From a bacterium (lineage in GTDB: Bacteria; Patescibacteriota; Minisyncoccia; Phycocordibacterales; UBA1006): a stretch of DNA of 64,000 nt. A program made the translations under genes and the position numbers. The notes under the pieces were generated by a model, which had not been told where the DNA came from, did no database searches, and saw nothing but the letters and a program-made list of their open reading frames with translations. Where the stretch lies: NCBI GenBank assembly GCA_043771175.1, contig JAYVHO010000011.1, positions 12,352-76,351 on the forward strand, read 5' to 3'. This document shows positions 1 through 10,491 of the stretch, in pieces (within the stretch, counting starts at the first letter, position 1; the number at the start of each line of letters is the position of its first letter).

Positions 1-5
1 TCCTA

Positions 6-1202
6 TTACGCAATGATTTTTGTAACAACTCCAGCTCCAACAGTTCGTCCTCCCTCACGGATGGTGAATCGTTGATTTTCTTCAATAACTACTGGTGCAA
101 CCAATTCTACGGTCAATTTAACGGTATCTCCAGGCATAACCATTTCTGTTCCCGCTGGAAGAGTAGTGGTTCCTGTTACGTCCGTTGTACGGATGTAGAA
201 CTGAGGTTTGTATCCAGCAAAGAATGGAGTATGACGTCCTCCTTCTTCTTTTTTAAGTACATATACTTCACACTCAAATTGAGTATAAGGTTTTACTGAT
301 TTTGGAGCAGCAAGAACTTGTCCACGATGGATATCTTCTTTCTTAACTCCACGAAGAAGAATTCCTGCGTTATCTCCTGCCATTCCTTGATCAAGTGACT
401 TGTTGAACATTTCAACTCCTGTTACGGTGGTTGATGCAGTGTCTTTAAGTCCTACGATTTCAATGGTTTCTCCAACTTTAACGATTCCTCGTTCAATACG
501 TCCGGTAACTACGGTTCCACGTCCTTCAATAGAGAAAATATCTTCTACTGGCATAAGGAATGGTTTTTCAATATCACGAACAGGTACTGGGAAGTATTCA
601 TCGCACGTATCGATCAATTTCTTAATCTTTTGTGCCCATGGATCTTCTGCAGTAGTAGATTCCAAAGCTCGTAACCCTGAACCAACAATGAAAGGAGTAG
701 TTTCTCCATCAAATCCATACTTGGTCAAAAGTTCTTTGATTTCCTCAATAACGAGTTCAATCATGTCAGTATCATCAACCATGTCTTCTTTGTTAATAAA
801 TACCATGAGTTTTGGAATACCAACTTGGCGAGCCAAAAGTACGTGTTCACGTGTTTGTGGCATCATTCCGTCAGTTGCAGCAACTACCAAGATCGCTCCA
901 TCCATTTGCGCAGCTCCCGTAATCATGTTTTTAATGTAGTCCTGGTGACCTGGTGCATCTACGTGAGCGTAGTGACGTCCTGGAGTCCAGTATTCAGAGT
1001 GGTGAAGAGCAATGGTAATACCACGTTCTCGTTCCTCTGGGGCGTTGTCAATTCCATCAACGTTTTCTACACGAGCTCCATATCCGTTTCCGAGCATATT
1101 AAGCACGTGAAGGATAGATGCTGTAGTAGTGGTTTTTCCATGATCGACGTGACCAATGGTACCAATATTTACGTGAGGTTTTGTTCTGTCAAAACTTGCC
1201 AT
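6..1202 (-). CDS. tuf: Elongation factor Tu
   Basis: [14 protein letters not shown] and NKED GTPase motifs, full-length EF-Tu collinearity; start moved to [10 protein letters not shown] (ATG 1202); TAA stop. Confidence 0.97.
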   Translation of the reverse strand: MASFDRTKPHVNIGTIGHVDHGKTTTTASILHVLNMLGNGYGARVENVDGIDNAPEERERGITIALHHSEYWTPGRHYAHVDAPGHQDYIKNMITGAAQMDGAILVVAATDGMMPQTREHVLLARQVGIPKLMVFINKEDMVDDTDMIELVIEEIKELLTKYGFDGETTPFIVGSGLRALESTTAEDPWAQKIKKLIDTCDEYFPVPVRDIEKPFLMPVEDIFSIEGRGTVVTGRIERGIVKVGETIEIVGLKDTASTTVTGVEMFNKSLDQGMAGDNAGILLRGVKKEDIHRGQVLAAPKSVKPYTQFECEVYVLKKEEGGRHTPFFAGYKPQFYIRTTDVTGTTTLPAGTEMVMPGDTVKLTVELVAPVVIEENQRFTIREGGRTVGAGVVTKIIA

Positions 1203-1290
1203 ATTGTTTGTGTTCCATATAGTAAATACTTGCTTGTGAATGAGAGTTTCCAGCGCATCCTGCGTCAACGTAAGAACAGTCCTACCCTGT

Positions 1291-1318
1291 CCGTCATCCC
1301 GCCATTAGCGGGATCCAG
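1291..1318 (-). repeat. Intergenic hairpin repeat, consensus copy
   Basis: CCGTCATCCCGC-CATTAG-CGGGATCCAG, reverse complement of CTGGATCCCG..CGGGATGACGG; 88 nt upstream of tuf ATG. Confidence 0.85.
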
Positions 1319-1387
1319 TTTGGGTTTTCCTGTCTTTGCTTGATGGATGTTAGACTTTCCTGCCAAACCAACCAATACTTTATATAT

Positions 1388-1412
1388 GGTGTGATTACCG
1401 TCAGGTAATCAA
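1388..1412 (+). repeat. Possible degenerate partner of hairpin repeat
   Basis: TGGTGTGATTACC-GTCA-GGTAATCAA keeps GAT..stem..AT frame with changed but complementary stem. Confidence 0.3.
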
Positions 1413-1462
1413 TTATTGTAATAACGCGCGCGTTTTGGAATTTCTCCCAAAAACGTATCCAC

Positions 1463-1490
1463 ATAATACCATATAATTATTATTTTTCAA
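1463..1490 (-). promoter_or_regulatory. Candidate promoter upstream of long tuf leader
   Basis: Minus strand TTGAAA-16 nt-TGGTATTAT (extended -10). Confidence 0.4.
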
Positions 1491-1491
1491 G

Positions 1492-1523
1492 GAAAAAGGA
1501 GCCATTCGCTGCGCGAATGACTC
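1492..1523 (-). terminator. Intrinsic terminator after 1526..2014
   Basis: GAGTCATTCGC-GCA-GCGAATGGCTC hairpin then CTTTTTCC on minus strand. Confidence 0.6.
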
Positions 1524-1525
1524 TC

Positions 1526-2014
1526 TTATTCCGGTATTTCTTTATATGGATCTATATATATGGCTGAATCAGGTATGACTACCTCTTTCTCCTCGGTTGA
1601 CTGCCCTTCTTTTGGTTTTATAGGAACAATAAGAATGTGAGTTTTTTCATTCTCAATTTCTTCTTGTTCAAGTTTTTTTAAATGAATATCTAGATTCTGT
1701 TCAAGAATTTCATATCCCTTTACAATTCTTTGAAGTAATCTTTTGTCTAAATCATTGCAAAAAACCCTAATACTTGTTTCTGATAATTTTGTACGTTCTT
1801 TGATTTGATTATAAAAATTTGGAACATCAGAAACGTCAAGTAATAAATACCCAACTTCACGCACAATTTCAAGTGCATCTTCTTCAGTAAAACCATGTTC
1901 TTGGCAAATAAGCAATATGGTTTCAATCCAATCTGTTTCTTCAATGACAGCAGTATCAAGTAAATTTTTTGCTAAAAGTTTTTCATTGATTTTAGAAATT
2001 TCATCAGCAATCAT
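1526..2014 (-). CDS. Hypothetical acidic protein (162 aa)
   Basis: Intact ORF with own -10 box; no recognisable domain. Confidence 0.55.
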   Translation of the reverse strand: MIADEISKINEKLLAKNLLDTAVIEETDWIETILLICQEHGFTEEDALEIVREVGYLLLDVSDVPNFYNQIKERTKLSETSIRVFCNDLDKRLLQRIVKGYEILEQNLDIHLKKLEQEEIENEKTHILIVPIKPKEGQSTEEKEVVIPDSAIYIDPYKEIPE

Positions 2015-2023
2015 AGTACATCA

Positions 2024-2032
2024 AGTATATCA
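2024..2032 (-). promoter_or_regulatory. Extended -10 box TGATATACT
   Basis: 9 nt before ATG 2014; its TGA is the stop codon of 2030..5608. Confidence 0.5.
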
Positions 2033-5000
2033 CTTCTTATCATCTTTCTTTTCATCTTTTTTATCCGGTGCTTCTGCTTTGATTTTAGTTTTATTAAAAC
2101 TTGATGCAACCCTATTTCCATCTTTATCAATTTCCATACCTTGTATTCTATCGGTGAATGCGATGTGCTTATCGCGATATGTAACATCTCTATTTAATTT
2201 ACTCTCCATAGAAACTGCTGCTTTTTGAACACCTTTTTGGACTATTGACCTTGCTCCATCTACAAATGCGCTTCCTGTTGGCACTGCATTTGCCAAGTTA
2301 TTTGACATATCTTTCAACTTCTTTTCTGCAAATGCTTTAGCATTATCAATTTCAAAACTGGCATCATTAAGTGCTTCTGCTGCCATTCTAAAGGTACCCA
2401 GTGTTGCCACTTCAGAAACTCTTCGTGAAATATTATTAATTTTTATCCTCTGATCTTGGGTATGTTTTTTAATATCTTTAAAATCACTCTTTGATTCCTC
2501 TCGTAATTGTTCTTCTTGCTTAGAAACGTTCATATTTTGTTTTTTATACTCAGTATTTTTTGATTCATATTCTTTAAGCTGAACTGCCATTTCATCTTTA
2601 TCTTTTCCAAATTGACGCTCAAGGAATTTATCATATTCTTCCTCTTTATCCTTTTTTTCGTTCATAATTATATTAAGTTTTTCATCAGCATTTTTAGTTT
2701 CTCTCTCTACTTTTTCTTTCAAGTTTTTAAGTCTTTCTTTTTCATCAACAGCGCGTTTCAGTGGAGCTGCATTTGCAGCAGCTGTAGCTTTTAGGGTTGT
2801 GATATCAGCATCAAATGTTGCAATTTTTGCATCATTGTCATTCATCTCAAGCCTATTTGCATCTATTTTAAGTTGTATTGCATCTTTTTCTGGTTGTGTT
2901 GGCGCAACCATTTTCATTTGCTGTAACTGAATATCTTTTTGTTCCAATGTATTCTTGCGGTTTAATAAATTATTTTTATCACCAAGATCTTTAATGCTTT
3001 TTTCAACAGTAATTCTTTGTGCATCCAGCAAATCAAATCTCGTACTTGCCGTATTAAAATCTGTTACTGCATTTGTAATCAAAGCACTTTTTGCAATTGC
3101 ATCATTTTGAGAATTAACAATTCTTTGCACTTGCTGTATTTTTTTTGTAATCGAACCACTATTTTGCTTAATTTCTTCTTCTCTTGTTCTTTTTTCAACT
3201 CCTTCAAACTTTTTTAACTTTTCAATTCTCTCATCCAGATACAGTGTTGGATCAGCTAAAATAGTATTAGCACCATGCGCTGTTTCAAGTGCAACCAATT
3301 TTGCTGCATCATCGCGCTTTGCTTTTTTTTCTTTTTTAATATCATCAGTATCTGTTACCAAATCTGCTACATTATATGTTTTATTTTCAGCAAAATCTTG
3401 AGTGAGTGATGCTTTTGCTTTTCCTATCATTTCTGCAAAGTCAATTTTTGATTGTCTATGCTCTCTCAGTTTTAATGCCTTTGCATTGCGTTCATCAGTT
3501 GTCACAGCAGGCATGTTATTAATTTCTGCTAATGCGAATTCAAACATTTTTCCTTGCGCAGTTTCAATATCAAGAATTCTCTTTATAACACTACTAAGCG
3601 GGTTTTTAATAGGATTTGCACGATAACCATCAACCGCATCTTTTATCCCATTGGTTGCAAAATCAAGTGTTGTATTATCTGAGTATCCTCCATCGATATT
3701 ACTGATTGAGTTTCTCATTTTTTGATTATTTTTATCAAATTCATTAAAGTTTTTTTCATTACCATTAAATGCAGTGTCAACGATATCTTTCTTTTCATCT
3801 TCCATATTCTTTTTTGCTTCATCTCGTTTTACACGTTTTTCTTTCATGGCAATATCAAACTCTTCTTGTTTATCTTTTTTAATTTCATCGGCAAGTTTTT
3901 GATAATATTCATCAACCTTATTACCATGTGCTATTAGCCCTCCTTCACGCCCTTCTTTTATGAACGAAGAAAGATTGTATCCATACCCAAGCGGAATTCT
4001 TCCAACATCCAAATAATCTTTTCCAAAGATTTTTGTACTTTCAAAATCAACACCAGTATCAAGTTTCATACCAACCTTTTCTCCATATTTTTTAAATCCA
4101 CCCAATTTTTTACCCAAATCACGTGCATCCCATGATCCTTCTTTCCCATATTTTTGCATGCTCTTCATAGTATTTCCGCGTAAAAGTTGAAGGCGATTTG
4201 AAATTGCATTTCCTTTACCCGTTGCCATATTCATACGAGCTTGTCGTGCAACAGCTGCACCTTGTCCAAGTGTTTTACTCCCTGCAAACGCTGCGCCAAG
4301 TGTTGACCGTGCTGCCAGTCCAGCCCCACCCATCACCAGTCCTCCCACTGCCCCCACCACGCTTTTAGCGCCAGATGCCAAAAATTCGCCAAATGATGTA
4401 GAAAACTTATCGGTAACTTTTTTTGTCATAATAACAATTCCAAAAACAATTATGAGTGGAATCATCCAAAAAATTAACTCTTTGAAAAGTACATCCGCTG
4501 AAGCCCCTGGAGCAATAGTTGCGCTTGAAGAGGTAAACACAATTAAGTTAATAGAAACCACAGTTAGATACATCATAAATAAAAACACCGCTGGCTGAAA
4601 TGCCATTTTTGCAAGATTTGAAGTATATGATTCAAATCCAATTTCTTTGAGTGCTGGTAGATCAAACATTTTTTTAAGCCACGGAATATTTACTGATGAT
4701 AAAAAAGCAAGCGGCGATGCAATCATTAAAAACCAAAGACCAAACGTTCGCGCAAAAAAATAAAATGCAATATTTAAAAACATGTATATCATAAAAATAT
4801 ACATAATACTTCCAATAATAAGATAACTATAAATTACTACCCAACTACTATTAAAAGCACTCAAAGTATTACTACTACCTCCAATGGCAGTAACCAACCT
4901 TAAGGCATTAGATTTATTGATAACAGCAGCAGTAATAGATCTGACTTTCAGTGGAAACCCTGCCCCATCAAATTTTGCAACGTTACCATCTACTGAAGGA

Positions 5001-5608
5001 ATATCGCTTTCTTGCAAATCCATCGCCCTATAAAAAACGCGCGCTGTAATGTTTCCTCCATCTATTACTACTTTCACAAAAAATAAACTAAAATTAATTA
5101 ACAGTGCAGCAATCGCGATACTAATTAACTGCTTTTTCCATGTATCTCCTCCTTTATTTACTATCATGTTCCCCGCAATAGTTAAAAGTATCATGATAAA
5201 AAAGATATTAATAAAGTCTCGTATCATCGCCCACCCCTGAGTAATCCACCCTTGCTGGTTATTATACGTTAAAGATTCCAATGTATATGCAATAATAATG
5301 TCCAATATCCAACCAGCAAATTTTACTAATGCTGCTGATGTTTGAAATATAATCCAAAAAATTCCAAATACGGTACACTGTACAATAGAAGTAAACACAC
5401 TAAATCCTTCACATTCAGTTGGCACCTGAGCATATGCAATGTTAACGTTGGTATTAATATGGAAACTCTTTGAAACCTTATTCTGAACTTCAATTTCTTT
5501 AATTTGAAGTGTCACCGGCGCCACCATAAACAGTGCCACACTTGCCATAAAAAATCCTGCCAACATTTTTGCAGAAATAATTTTTTTAAGCTTTGCAAAC
5601 ACGTTCAT
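2030..5608 (-). CDS. Large polytopic membrane protein with ~700-aa Lys/Glu-rich coiled-coil tail (possibly TrbL/VirB6-like)
   Basis: 1192-aa ORF; N-terminal signal-like segment, many hydrophobic helices in first ~440 aa, Gly/Ala-rich segment, then K/E/D/N-rich heptad-like sequence; TGA stop. Confidence 0.8.
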   Translation of the reverse strand: MNVFAKLKKIISAKMLAGFFMASVALFMVAPVTLQIKEIEVQNKVSKSFHINTNVNIAYAQVPTECEGFSVFTSIVQCTVFGIFWIIFQTSAALVKFAGWILDIIIAYTLESLTYNNQQGWITQGWAMIRDFINIFFIMILLTIAGNMIVNKGGDTWKKQLISIAIAALLINFSLFFVKVVIDGGNITARVFYRAMDLQESDIPSVDGNVAKFDGAGFPLKVRSITAAVINKSNALRLVTAIGGSSNTLSAFNSSWVVIYSYLIIGSIMYIFMIYMFLNIAFYFFARTFGLWFLMIASPLAFLSSVNIPWLKKMFDLPALKEIGFESYTSNLAKMAFQPAVFLFMMYLTVVSINLIVFTSSSATIAPGASADVLFKELIFWMIPLIIVFGIVIMTKKVTDKFSTSFGEFLASGAKSVVGAVGGLVMGGAGLAARSTLGAAFAGSKTLGQGAAVARQARMNMATGKGNAISNRLQLLRGNTMKSMQKYGKEGSWDARDLGKKLGGFKKYGEKVGMKLDTGVDFESTKIFGKDYLDVGRIPLGYGYNLSSFIKEGREGGLIAHGNKVDEYYQKLADEIKKDKQEEFDIAMKEKRVKRDEAKKNMEDEKKDIVDTAFNGNEKNFNEFDKNNQKMRNSISNIDGGYSDNTTLDFATNGIKDAVDGYRANPIKNPLSSVIKRILDIETAQGKMFEFALAEINNMPAVTTDERNAKALKLREHRQSKIDFAEMIGKAKASLTQDFAENKTYNVADLVTDTDDIKKEKKAKRDDAAKLVALETAHGANTILADPTLYLDERIEKLKKFEGVEKRTREEEIKQNSGSITKKIQQVQRIVNSQNDAIAKSALITNAVTDFNTASTRFDLLDAQRITVEKSIKDLGDKNNLLNRKNTLEQKDIQLQQMKMVAPTQPEKDAIQLKIDANRLEMNDNDAKIATFDADITTLKATAAANAAPLKRAVDEKERLKNLKEKVERETKNADEKLNIIMNEKKDKEEEYDKFLERQFGKDKDEMAVQLKEYESKNTEYKKQNMNVSKQEEQLREESKSDFKDIKKHTQDQRIKINNISRRVSEVATLGTFRMAAEALNDASFEIDNAKAFAEKKLKDMSNNLANAVPTGSAFVDGARSIVQKGVQKAAVSMESKLNRDVTYRDKHIAFTDRIQGMEIDKDGNRVASSFNKTKIKAEAPDKKDEKKDDKK

Positions 5609-5618
5609 ATATAGGTAC

Positions 5619-5627
5619 AGTATATCA
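5619..5627 (-). promoter_or_regulatory. Extended -10 box TGATATACT
   Basis: 10 nt before ATG 5608. Confidence 0.5.
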
Positions 5628-5817
5628 CTGTAAAATTATTAATTTGATTATATAATTTTGTTCTTTTACAAGATTTGCTTGCATACATACTTTTCCCCAT
5701 TTCTGTGGAAAACTTGACAAATCATCTTTTTTGGGCAATAATTAAACAACGACTATTTAAGTTAATTCTTAATTTGTTCTAAAAATTTTCAGGAAACCTA
5801 TAAAAAAATCATTAAAA

Positions 5818-6375
5818 ATGAAAAAATTACCTATAACTGTCCCCTCTGGTACAGATCTCGCTTTCGCCTTCTTTAAGAAGGCAACTACCGCATTGTTCAT
5901 GGTTATTTTTTTTGTTATTTTTGCTACTTCATGTAGTAAAAACGCCGACAATATAACCCCTATCACCGATTTAAATAACACAGTAAAAACTCAACCGTTA
6001 AAATTAGTTGAATCAAATTTTACATTTGATATACAAGCATATTTTATCGGAAAAAGAATTGATGATCAAACTATTGAGTACTTATATGATTTCAAAAGCA
6101 TGGGTGCGGCAAGTTGTACTGAAGAATTTACACTAATTACACGTTCATTGAGAATAAAAGTAAAACCAATTATTAAAACAACGACAAATATCGAAGGAAT
6201 ACCAATTCATATAGAATATTTTCCTGAAGAATTTGATGTATTTATTGATAATGCATTTTTTAATGAAGTATTTTATAAAAAAGCAAAATTTCTAATCATA
6301 ACTACAAAAAAAAGTAATATTGGTTCTAAATGCTTGCAAAGTTATTTTGTAAAAGACGGCATACCAATTTATTAA
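5818..6375 (+). CDS. Putative lipoprotein (185 aa)
   Basis: Hydrophobic N-terminus ending FATSC (lipobox-like Cys); opposite strand inside the envelope cluster. Confidence 0.55.
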   Translation: MKKLPITVPSGTDLAFAFFKKATTALFMVIFFVIFATSCSKNADNITPITDLNNTVKTQPLKLVESNFTFDIQAYFIGKRIDDQTIEYLYDFKSMGAASCTEEFTLITRSLRIKVKPIIKTTTNIEGIPIHIEYFPEEFDVFIDNAFFNEVFYKKAKFLIITTKKSNIGSKCLQSYFVKDGIPIY

Positions 6376-6431
6376 AAGTACTACGTCCTTTAAAAAACAG
6401 CAATTATTTGCTGTTTTTTAATGCACAATTT

Positions 6432-9400
6432 TTAATAAAATGAAACTTTAGATGGATCATAATCATTAATACTCTTACTAAAGTAGAAGGCGGAACAACT
6501 AAATCCTTTATATAATTCAGACACCTCTTTGGTAAATATACCTTTAATGGTGTTCCAATTCAGTACAGCGTTGAGAATAGGTATACCTGCAGCCCATGCA
6601 GATTTTGCACTCTTTTCAAGATCATCTTTACTAAGACCTTTGGAATCAAAATCTTTATCCCATTTTCTACCTAGAACCAAGCCTGTTTCTGCAGTTTGAT
6701 TATATGCAAGTGCACAATAGTATGCAATTTCACTATCCTTCATTTCAAGATCAAAATTTTGCGCGGATAAAGTATTTAATCTTTTTATTGCATCTTGCGT
6801 GTCTTTTTCATTTATTTTTGTTTGCACTGCATACTGTTCTGGAATATTGTATGTGATAGTTGTTGACTGTGAAGTACTACAACTATTAATTTGATCTTGT
6901 GTGGGAGTGCTACCTGGTGATAATTGATATTTACTTTGTAAGCATGATGTTAATGCTCCAAGATCTGAATAATTTATACCAGTTCCTGAGGTTGAAACGG
7001 AACCACTATTACCAAGTCCTGTCTTAACTAAAGTTATTGTTTGATTATTAAGTGTAAATTGTATGTCATTTCCCATTAATTCATCTCTTCCCTCGCCAGT
7101 TGAACCAAAATTTTGTTTCAAAAATTCTAAATCTTTGTTTTCATCAATATTATCCGTATTTATTGAATTATAGAAATTCATGACTATCGGTGAACCAGTA
7201 ATACTAAGAGGTAAATATTTTGATCTTTTACTTCCACAATCTTGAACAGATTTTTTTAATTGCTTATATAATGCAACTGTTTTTTTAGATTCGTAAGATG
7301 GGGAACCTTCATATCCAGTATCTGAAAAATATGGATAATATGAATAGATTTCGTTAATTAATGTAATTCTATCTTGTGCAGTTAATGCTTCACCTAACTC
7401 GTTCACCTCTGAGTCCCAAACTTCTTTGATTTTTTTAAGCCTTTCAAGGATAGTAAGCCTATTACTTAATGCCGAATTTAACGATTCCTTATTACTAAAC
7501 AAATTTTCGGACTGATTAACTAAACTTCTATATTTAAAATCATCTGCTGTTTTATAATATATATCTGTTGGTCGTATTTTTTGATTCATATAGTCAAGCA
7601 CCTTACCTGTACCTGAATCGAGTAAGCCTACAAAATTTTCTGCTTGATTAACTACTGTATCATCTTTATTGCTAAAAATTCTTGTCTGTACACGAGATCT
7701 TGCCCGTGTATATTTTGTAGTAAACCGTGCTTCCCATCCTTTATCCGGCCCTGGAACACATACATCTAACTTTCTAACAACATATATCGATTGTTCATTT
7801 AAGTTAATGATTGATTGAAATATGTTAATATCATTTTCAAGTTTTGTAATATTATTAAAACCACATTCCCCCATTGCACTCGACAGTTTTATTAGTTCTT
7901 CTGCATGTTCAACCATATCACCTTCAATTTGAGCTTTTTTCTTATCATCATTTGTTAATATTTTTTTTGGGTCTTCTATTCCTAACTTTTTCAAACATTC
8001 TATTGATTCTGGGGGTAAATCAGTAATCAACACTTGGCTTGCTTGTTCTCCTGTTATATATTGATCTTGATTAGTATCAGCATTTAATGCCTCAGGTGCT
8101 CTTTCTTGCAAATCAATCAAATCTTTATTCGAAATTACGTCAACTTTTTGTTTTATTGCGTCAATTGCTCCAGTTATTTTTTTCTTTGCCCATGCTTCGC
8201 CCAAAGGCACACCTTGCTTAATTACTTCATCTTTAAGTCTTGACACTGTATATGATAGCAAATCTTGCCATGTATCAACTTGTTGTGACTGTGTAATTGG
8301 GGTGTTAGTAACTTGTCTAAGCATTCCTTCGACAATAGTACCTGGTAGTGTGGTGGCATACACTGAGCACGTTTCTGCCAAATATTCTGGAGTGTATAAA
8401 CCTGGGTTAATACCATTTTGTTTAAATTCTACGGTTGGCAATTGAATAGGAGTAAATGTTTTTGGAGCAATTTGTCCTGGTGCCTGATATAAGTTTTCAT
8501 TAGAATAACCCCCATCACCATTTTGTGCATTAACCACAGTACTAAATGAAAGTTTTTCTTTCAAGAATTCTCCAAGATTATAGCCAAGTGTGCCCTTTAG
8601 TGTTGACTGCTGTGAAGCGTCGTCAGTTTTTGGAAGTGGGTCGGTTGCTTTTGGTGCACGTGGTTGCACCTTTGCTTTAAGTTTTAAACAAGTTTTTTGA
8701 GATTGAAAACCTTGATTGTTTGCAAGTTCTTGGGATAATTCTACCCTTTTTGCTAATAACTTTGTATAAATATCTTGTTGTGTATTAACATATTTACCAA
8801 GTAAATTATTATTCTCTTTTGTTGAAAGACTATATTTTGTCCAAAAATTTTTAAGGTTTTCTTTTCTAATTTTTATTTCATTTTCAGAGTTTCCATATCC
8901 TGCTCCATTTACAAAATATTTCCATTTGGTTTTATCTTTTAATATACTGCCTTCCAATGTATTAATTAGTTTTTGGTTTGGGTTTGTTGTAACGCCGGTA
9001 TAGTTTGAAACAAGACCCAAGACTACTTGCTTGGCGTAATATGAAGTTGGCTCTGCTATTTCTTTATTGATAAATGCATCCAACTCATCTCTAAACTGAG
9101 TTCGTTTAAGTTGCTCATAGGTGAGTTCTGTGTTTTGAACAAAAGATGGTTTCCCCTTAAAACCTGAGTACGCCCATGAAACTGTCTCTTGTATTGTTTT
9201 ATCTAGAAATGACTGTGCTAACTTAATAGCAATTGTTTTAAGAACTCCATTATTAAAGAATTCTTTTACTTCTATAACTTTTGATGTGGAACTGTTTGCA
9301 ACTTCAACCGGCTGCAATACTGCATTAAAAAAATCTTGGAATTGAGCTTCTGCCATTAAGTCTTTTTGAGTTCCCATAATACAAAAACTACAGACAATTA

Positions 9401-9473
9401 CAGATATAAACAGTGCTATAAATTTTTTCTTATATTCAGATGACATATATCTATTGCTTCTTAGCATATTCAA
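6432..9473 (-). CDS. Large secreted or surface protein (1013 aa), no recognised domain
   Basis: N-terminal KKKFIALFISVIVCSFCIMG signal/anchor; overlaps upstream gene by 23 nt. Confidence 0.8.
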   Translation of the reverse strand: MNMLRSNRYMSSEYKKKFIALFISVIVCSFCIMGTQKDLMAEAQFQDFFNAVLQPVEVANSSTSKVIEVKEFFNNGVLKTIAIKLAQSFLDKTIQETVSWAYSGFKGKPSFVQNTELTYEQLKRTQFRDELDAFINKEIAEPTSYYAKQVVLGLVSNYTGVTTNPNQKLINTLEGSILKDKTKWKYFVNGAGYGNSENEIKIRKENLKNFWTKYSLSTKENNNLLGKYVNTQQDIYTKLLAKRVELSQELANNQGFQSQKTCLKLKAKVQPRAPKATDPLPKTDDASQQSTLKGTLGYNLGEFLKEKLSFSTVVNAQNGDGGYSNENLYQAPGQIAPKTFTPIQLPTVEFKQNGINPGLYTPEYLAETCSVYATTLPGTIVEGMLRQVTNTPITQSQQVDTWQDLLSYTVSRLKDEVIKQGVPLGEAWAKKKITGAIDAIKQKVDVISNKDLIDLQERAPEALNADTNQDQYITGEQASQVLITDLPPESIECLKKLGIEDPKKILTNDDKKKAQIEGDMVEHAEELIKLSSAMGECGFNNITKLENDINIFQSIINLNEQSIYVVRKLDVCVPGPDKGWEARFTTKYTRARSRVQTRIFSNKDDTVVNQAENFVGLLDSGTGKVLDYMNQKIRPTDIYYKTADDFKYRSLVNQSENLFSNKESLNSALSNRLTILERLKKIKEVWDSEVNELGEALTAQDRITLINEIYSYYPYFSDTGYEGSPSYESKKTVALYKQLKKSVQDCGSKRSKYLPLSITGSPIVMNFYNSINTDNIDENKDLEFLKQNFGSTGEGRDELMGNDIQFTLNNQTITLVKTGLGNSGSVSTSGTGINYSDLGALTSCLQSKYQLSPGSTPTQDQINSCSTSQSTTITYNIPEQYAVQTKINEKDTQDAIKRLNTLSAQNFDLEMKDSEIAYYCALAYNQTAETGLVLGRKWDKDFDSKGLSKDDLEKSAKSAWAAGIPILNAVLNWNTIKGIFTKEVSELYKGFSCSAFYFSKSINDYDPSKVSFY

Positions 9474-10368
9474 TTATAACAGAAGTCAAAGCATGTAATG
9501 AGACGGAATACCTTACAAAACTTTTAGATAATGTAGTAATTGCTGCCATTCTTATTACCGTATCCGCTGATTCATCCAAAACAGCTCCGAGTTTTGAGCT
9601 CATTTCAAGGGAAGCATTAATTACTTCAGCATGATACCCAACCCAAGATTTTGGTGGCTTGGTATTAATAAGAACACTTTCAAAAACATCAATTTTACTT
9701 TTTATCTGCCTCATTAAAGCAATTTGATTTGTTTCGTCTGGGTCACCGTTTATTTGATCAATATCTGCTTCTGTAACTATATGAGTTTTAAAGTAGGGAA
9801 TTATTGTAAAAAGGTATTGATTATAATTTGGTTTATAGTCAGAGTTATATTTAATTTCATCTTCAGAATACTGCTTACCTACTTGAATATTTTTAATGCT
9901 ATCAATAACCCCATCACCTACATTTTGAAGATCTTCTTCAGAAGTTATATTCTTAGATAATTTATAAATATCTTGTGCAACTAATGCTGTTTTTGATTGC
10001 TCTAAATTAGAATATACAGACCCCTTTGATAAACTATCTGATTCAACATTCTCCACAAAAGCCTTATCACTCGTCCCCTCGCCATACGTCTGCGCAGAAG
10101 CGGGGTTTAATCCATAAATGTTTTCTTGCCAGTCAGGAACACCGTCTTTGTCGGTATCAAAGTTTTCAAAATCAATAGAATCAAGGGCTTTTTTAATTTC
10201 TGCATCCAGTTTGACATCTTCTTCTGAAGACACTACGTCAGGTGTTTGCACCGTTAATGCCAATTTTTCATTACGTTTTTGTACTACTAAAAAAATAGAA
10301 AGTGCAATAATAGCTGCGGTAATTCCCAATGTGATATATAAAAATTTACGCGCAGACTGTTTATCCAT
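9451..10368 (-). CDS. Membrane-anchored protein with thrombospondin-type-3-like Ca-binding motif
   Basis: N-terminal TM helix; DTDKDGVPDWQENIYGLNP matches DxDxDGxxDxxE repeat. Confidence 0.7.
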   Translation of the reverse strand: MDKQSARKFLYITLGITAAIIALSIFLVVQKRNEKLALTVQTPDVVSSEEDVKLDAEIKKALDSIDFENFDTDKDGVPDWQENIYGLNPASAQTYGEGTSDKAFVENVESDSLSKGSVYSNLEQSKTALVAQDIYKLSKNITSEEDLQNVGDGVIDSIKNIQVGKQYSEDEIKYNSDYKPNYNQYLFTIIPYFKTHIVTEADIDQINGDPDETNQIALMRQIKSKIDVFESVLINTKPPKSWVGYHAEVINASLEMSSKLGAVLDESADTVIRMAAITTLSKSFVRYSVSLHALTSVIIEYAKKQ

Positions 10369-10374
10369 GGTAAT

Positions 10375-10383
10375 AGTATATCA
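10375..10383 (-). promoter_or_regulatory. Extended -10 box TGATATACT, leaderless spacing
   Basis: 6 nt before ATG 10368. Confidence 0.55.
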
Positions 10384-10491
10384 CTGCAAAAATTGAAAAA
10401 TTAGACAAATAAAAAGGCTGCAGCAGGCATTTACACCTGAAACAACCTTTTCGTTGAGATATAAAAAGTATATATTTTTTTGTTGTCAAAT

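Noticed and set aside
72-1343. Three long plus-strand ORFs (72..299, 400..939, 825..1343) opposite tuf
   Set aside because: Shadow ORFs antisense to a highly conserved EF-Tu gene. Their translations are low-complexity and match nothing. The same applies to other antisense ORFs in the track, for example 16895..17191, 19222..19515 and 38188..38391.
2012-2032. Possible read-through fusion of the 1192-aa protein with the next ORF (TGA TAT ACT TGA TGT ACT ATG, all in frame)
   Set aside because: The same GTGATATACT sequence is the promoter box of two other genes in the cluster (5619, 10375). So the TGA is more simply a real stop overlapping a promoter. The shared frame has a 1 in 3 chance. It is kept only as a caveat in the TGA finding.
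6124-6150. Shared heptapeptide LITRSLR between ORF 5818..6375 and ORF 51739..53103
   Set aside because: The two are encoded by different codons with no flanking similarity. Coincidence, not a repeat.
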